Below, piece after piece: positions 58,863 to 64,000 of a stretch of 64,000 nt of DNA. Below the pieces are notes generated by a model. It was not told the DNA's origin. It saw only the letters and a list, made by a program, of their open reading frames with translations, and searched no databases. The DNA lies in NCBI RefSeq assembly GCF_009914755.1, contig NC_060927.1; one strand, 5' to 3'. The translations under genes were made by a program, and so were the position numbers. Position 1 is the first letter of the stretch. Each line of letters starts with the position of its first letter. This stretch comes from the human T2T-CHM13v2.0 reference genome, Homo sapiens.

Positions 58863-59578
58863 CTGGGAAATATCGTTTCAAAGGAAACAGAGCATTAGTT
58901 GTGTTTTCAGAAAGCATTTGTTTACACATAGTAGCATCGGTACAGAACCACAGTCCTTTACAGACAGGAAGATACTGTCTAACATATATATATATTTTAA
59001 AACACTACAGGTATTTTAAAATACCGAGGAACACCCTTGCATACAGAAGGCCCCAAATTAAGGAAGTGAATACTTGAATTGTATGCAATGACCACTCTAT
59101 GATCTTGAACAAACCATTTCTCCTCCTTGTCTTCAGTTTTCTCATTTGTAAAATCAAGGGTTTTCACTAGGTGGTATCTGAGGTCCTTTTAAGTTTATAT
59201 GCCCCATTATCTGCTCTACACACAGTAACTGCTTTTGTGCAGTTTAAGAGAACAATGTGTTCTTGAAAACCAAGCATTCTGTTGGGAGGATTTACCACCC
59301 ATGTTTTTTTCAATGCTTCTATTTCAAAGGATAGAAAACAACAAAATAAACTAACCATTATGTTTACTGAACAGTTTATCTGTGCATTATTCAGGAGCCA
59401 TTCTGGAATTCTGCAGAGGCTTTACATACCTATTTTTTTTAAATAATGAAATACTGAAAGGTCTGCTAAACTTCATGGGGTTTGGATTGAAGATAAAATG
59501 AAATGATGAATATAATACATGCAGTACAGTGCCTGGCACATGGTATGTGCTCATGACTGTGAATATCATGGCTACTAG

Positions 59579-59884
<306 letters not shown>

Positions 59885-60243
59885 CGAGAATAAACTTTCA
59901 AAGTACCCATTTGTAGAGATTTTTTAATTGATAAAATTCACTGAGTAGTGGGCCCTTCTGATGGGCAGGACTTTCAGATCATTCAGATGACATAATTAGT
60001 TTCTTAGGAGTTCTCTATGCTCTACTTGCAATTCTCATAAATTCTGTTTCACCTCTCAATTTATACTCATAGATGTACACTCTAAAATGTGGTCCTGTGG
60101 CTGGATGGGGTAGCGCCCAAGTGGAAAAGCATATGGGTGAAGGTGCTGCCCTGAGTAGCCCTTTAGCCTTTTTAGATGAAACTTGAACTTACAGTAGAAC
60201 ATTTCCCATACAGAGACCCAAATTAAATTCTATAACTCTTTAC

Positions 60244-60488
60244 TTCACAACTAGTGGTTGGAGGAGGTGGCATATTGGCTCTTCTCACATAAATATCTAT
60301 AACAGCGGTGCCTGTCCTGGGCTTGGTGGATTTGCCATATTTCAAGTTATCATCAATTATATGCACAACAAGATGGTACTGCTGCTGTACTTCAGCTCTA
60401 CATTCAAAGTTGAAAGGATTCTTCACAATTAATTTTGGAGTATTTGAACCTCGAGTTGGGTCAAATCCAAAATGATGGTTCTCTTTTC
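60244..60488 (-). CDS. Cadherin exon (rest of last EC repeat and Pro/Thr stalk), 245 nt, phase 1 to 0
   Basis: ttttaaag|GA...GAA|gtaaag; GKENHHFGFDPTRGSNTPKLIVKNPFNFE...YHLVVHIIDDNL...TGTAVIDIYV...PPPPTTSCE, similar to recalled CDHR3 EC6. Confidence 0.88.
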
Positions 60489-61677
60489 CTTTAAAAGTGA
60501 TAATTGAGAAGTTAGAATTATTTTAAGGTATATTGAAAGATTTTCTCAAACTACCTTAAATTGCTATTAAAACACAGTAGGCGTAAATTTTTTTAAAATT
60601 TCCATTGCACCCTGAGTTTTTATATCTATACATGGCTTATAATAAAGCTGAGATCAAATGAGCAACAATTTCAGTTGGTTAGGAAAAAAAAATTTTGAAG
60701 ATTAAGATCATGAATCTGATCCCATATATAGCCAGCAAGCCTCAAATTATTATCTAATTGATTCTCCTTTCCTTCTACTCAGATCAATTTGATTCCCATC
60801 TTCAACTTAGTCTAGATCAATATCAAATGGGCCGGTCAGATCATAAATATCTATTGAGCCCCTTCTAATTTTAAGTTATCTCCATAGCCCTGGAGACATT
60901 GTTGATACACAGGGTCCCTACCTTCATGGAGCTTATCACCCAGCAAGGGAATAAGACATCAAACTAGTCTTTATAATCAATTGGCAATGTCCTTACTGAT
61001 TTCCAAGCTTCTACTCCTTCAGATACATGACAGCAGGTCTGATCTCCATAATTTAAATAGGTCTCCACGTTATGCTGTCTCATGATACCCAGTAGTTTTC
61101 TTTTATAGAACTTATCACAGTATGTAATTTTATAATTGCTGGTGTTACTACTAGTTTAGTAAACAATGAGTGCCGTGAATATCTGTCTCATATACTTCTG
61201 TGTACACATTTCCGAGCACATTGCCTGATACATAGTTGGTCCCAATATATGCCTTTCGTAAAAAATAAGATGGCTTAAGTTGATATGGATCTGTGCAAAT
61301 CCAAAAATAACACAGTTTGAAACCACGCATCCTACTGAATCTGTACTAATAGCATCAAATGGAAAGGTGGCTGTTGTTATCCAGTACCATGGACAGCAGA
61401 CTTCATTCCTTGTAACTTAACCTTCAACATTTCCCATCCAGGTTCAAAGTCCGTTGTCAAAGCATCTGTAAAATTACTGATACTTCCATTATGGGAGGAA
61501 TTAGATTTGATATGTGAAAGTAAAAAAGATGCCTTGAGGAAACAATGCTATAGATATTAAATAGTTTAACTGTTATAAACATAATTATTTCTGAAGTTAT
61601 ACATAATATCTAACAGGGCAAAACTAATGTCAATTTGACATATGCTCACGATTAAAAGAAATAATAAAATTATGCAC

Positions 61678-61849
61678 CAGAAACCATCTCAAAACGCATT
61701 TCAAAATCTTGTGACTCTCCGTCGTGGCAGTTCAGGGTGAAGCCATTGACATTTGTCCCAAGAACAACATTGTCAAAAATGACTGTCTTATATAGAGAGG
61801 GTGTGCAGACAGGTGCTTCATCATTCTCATTTTCAATGTCAACAGTGAT
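61678..61849 (-). CDS. Cadherin exon (EC linker and start of last EC repeat), 172 nt, phase 0 to 1
   Basis: ctgacag|ATC...TCTG|gtgcat; ITVDIENENDEAPVCTPSLYKTVIFDNVVLGTNVNGFTLNCHDGESQDFEMRFEMVS (xxNDxxP motif). Confidence 0.88.
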
Positions 61850-62879
61850 CTGTCAGCCATGAGGGAAGAAGAAACATCAAATCCACACCATGTGACTACT
61901 TATACACAATATCAGAAATAAGCATAAGGGTAGAGACGGATCATTTGGAATTATTAAATAAAAAGTCTAGAGATTTGGATTTAAAAAAAATGTTCCTGCA
62001 GATTGGAATTCTGGCCATCAATCAACTAGTCAGTGGTTTATTATTCCTGGGTTAACTGTGACATTCAATGTAGCCGTTAGGTAGGATTTTGGCTCATTAG
62101 ATAAGCTTGTGGAAAGCTCACAAATTATGTAAATGATGAGAAAAGGAAAGCTGAAGAATGATGCCTCTAGAAATTGTAATCCCTTGAACTCTTTAAATAT
62201 CTATGCTTAAAGGCATAGATAAATTTGCTTCCTCTTTCTCAAAAGAACTTCCTCAGTACTACTCTCTCAAACTCAATATTTTATTGGTAACAATATGATT
62301 ACTTCAAAGTATGCTCTGACCTTAATTAGGGACTGTTATCAACCTTTTCTTAATTAAAATACCATAAACTAGGAAACTATAATTTACGTAGAAAAAGATC
62401 AAAATATCAAGAATTTTTAAATGTCAGTGATTGAATACCAGTCAGCCTAGAAAGGTTATCTACCCACTTCTTAGATGACTAATAACTGTCTCAATAATAC
62501 TTGCAGAAGAATCCGTGGTGCACCAATATTTGCAAGTATTATCTTTTTAAAGTGTTTTATGTAATGTTTTAAAAACATAGCTAAATTCTTAAGGAATGGT
62601 TCATTCTTTAATGCTACTTCTATAGACTGAATACAGCTATGTGTCTCACCAAGTATGTGAGACTTTTTACATAATAATTAAACGGATTTTAAGGAGATTT
62701 CTGGAATAGTCCAGTGCTATTTCCATTATATCACAGAAAGATATCAGGAATCTTTATTAAAATCCTGGGCCTGACACTTATTGATGACTTTATTTGGCAC
62801 TAGTGACTTACCTTTTCTTTCTTCAACTGCAAAAAGCAGATCTCAATCTCTACCTTCTCAGGACTGTCAGAAGGATCAG

Positions 62880-64000
62880 TTCATTCATTCAGTGAATATT
62901 TATTGAATACTTACTATGTGCCAAGCACTGATCTAGACACCACAGAAGCTACAGTGGTAAACCAAAAACAAAGACCCTGATCTAATATAATTTATTCTAA
63001 TGACGAAAGCAAAGCAATAACTATACTGACAAATAAATATATTAGGCAAAATCATAGGATAAGCTGATGCTATTTGGGTTAAGGAGATAGAGAATAGCTG
63101 ATGGAAGTATTTTAAGAGGGATTTATTTCTTTGACCCACTCACCTATTCCCTCTCTCTCATGTTTGTTATATGTCCTTAAGCATGTATGTATCCTCATAG
63201 AATATGTAGCTTTTAGTTGTATAATTTTGACTTGCACAAATGATATGGTGCTATAGACCTTTTGTGTTTCTTACTTTTCTCACCCAGCGCCATATATGTG
63301 CTTTCCATGTTTTTGTTTGCAGAATTCATTTGCTATTTCTGGAGTCTGTATTCTGTAGTATGCATCTACCATATTTGCTTGTTCATTTCCCATGATGAAC
63401 ACACATGGATTGCTTCAAATGCCCACCATTACACACAATATAAAAGGCCCTTAGAAACAAATTTCATTTGGGCAGAGATATGATTAAAGTGAGAATATGA
63501 GCCAATGGAAGATAAGCATTACAGTCTTTGGCAGAGGTTCTGAGGTAAAACATTGTTGGTGTGTTGGAAAAACAACAAATGTTTCATGTGGCTGGATTGA
63601 AGTAAGTAAGAGGGAGAGAGCTAGGAGCTAAAGACAAATTGGTAGCCAGGGCCCAGATCATAGAGGGCACTGCAGACTTTGAAGATGACATTGGAGCTTA
63701 ACTAAGCATGATGGGAAGCCAATGGAGAATGTTGAGGAACAGGATGATTTATCTTTTTAAAAGGTCACTCTGGCTGTGGTGTGAAGAGTAGGCTGTGAAG
63801 GGCACAAGTAGGAATGGGGGTTCTAATCAAGAAGCTGCTACACTAGACCAGGTGAGGTATGGTAAAGGCACAGTTGGGGTATTAGCAGTAGACAAGTTAG
63901 AAAAGTAAGAAGTGGAAGGACTTAAGGTACATTCTGAAATTAGAGAAGACAGAAATTGCTGTTGGATTGGAGAAATAATTTAGGGTACATGATAGTGATT
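62880..64000 (-). mobile_element. L2 fragments with a nested L1ME piece (about 63130-63440)
   Basis: tcattcattcagtgaatatttattgaatacttactatgtgccaagcact; gggaagccaatggagaatgttgag; aaaggtcactctggctgtggtgtg. Confidence 0.6.

Overview
Repeat-rich primate (most likely human) genomic DNA; no rRNA, tRNA or CRISPR. The only non-transposon gene is the 3' half of a CDHR3/CDHR4-like cadherin-related gene on the minus strand. I reconstructed seven exons at 49816-61849 encoding the last cadherin repeat, the TM helix and a cytoplasmic FDxEAIDP...YxYNSxTGARKW tail; the gene continues beyond the right edge. It has two apparent lesions (GT>AT donor loss at 55762-55763, in-frame TAA at 49954-49956), so it looks like an unprocessed/unitary pseudogene (possibly CDHR18P or CDHR17P; not determined). 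The rest is L1, Alu, MaLR/ERVL LTR, MIR/L2 and MER debris, including two full-length same-strand L1s with target-site duplications (TSDs): L1PA6-like at 1554-8004 and L1PA2/3-like at 40938-46993. Most notable oddities: (1) both full-length L1s share an identical non-consensus patch of 4 substitutions plus a 1-nt deletion in ORF2, inside a 71-bp identical tract; (2) an L1PB-HNRNPA1 3'UTR chimeric retrocopy joined at a microhomology; (3) an L1 with a ~400-bp 3' transduction; (4) an MLT1 LTR that looks polyadenylated and L1-retrotransposed. Repeat subfamily calls rest on recalled consensus sequences, and boundaries of old repeats are approximate.
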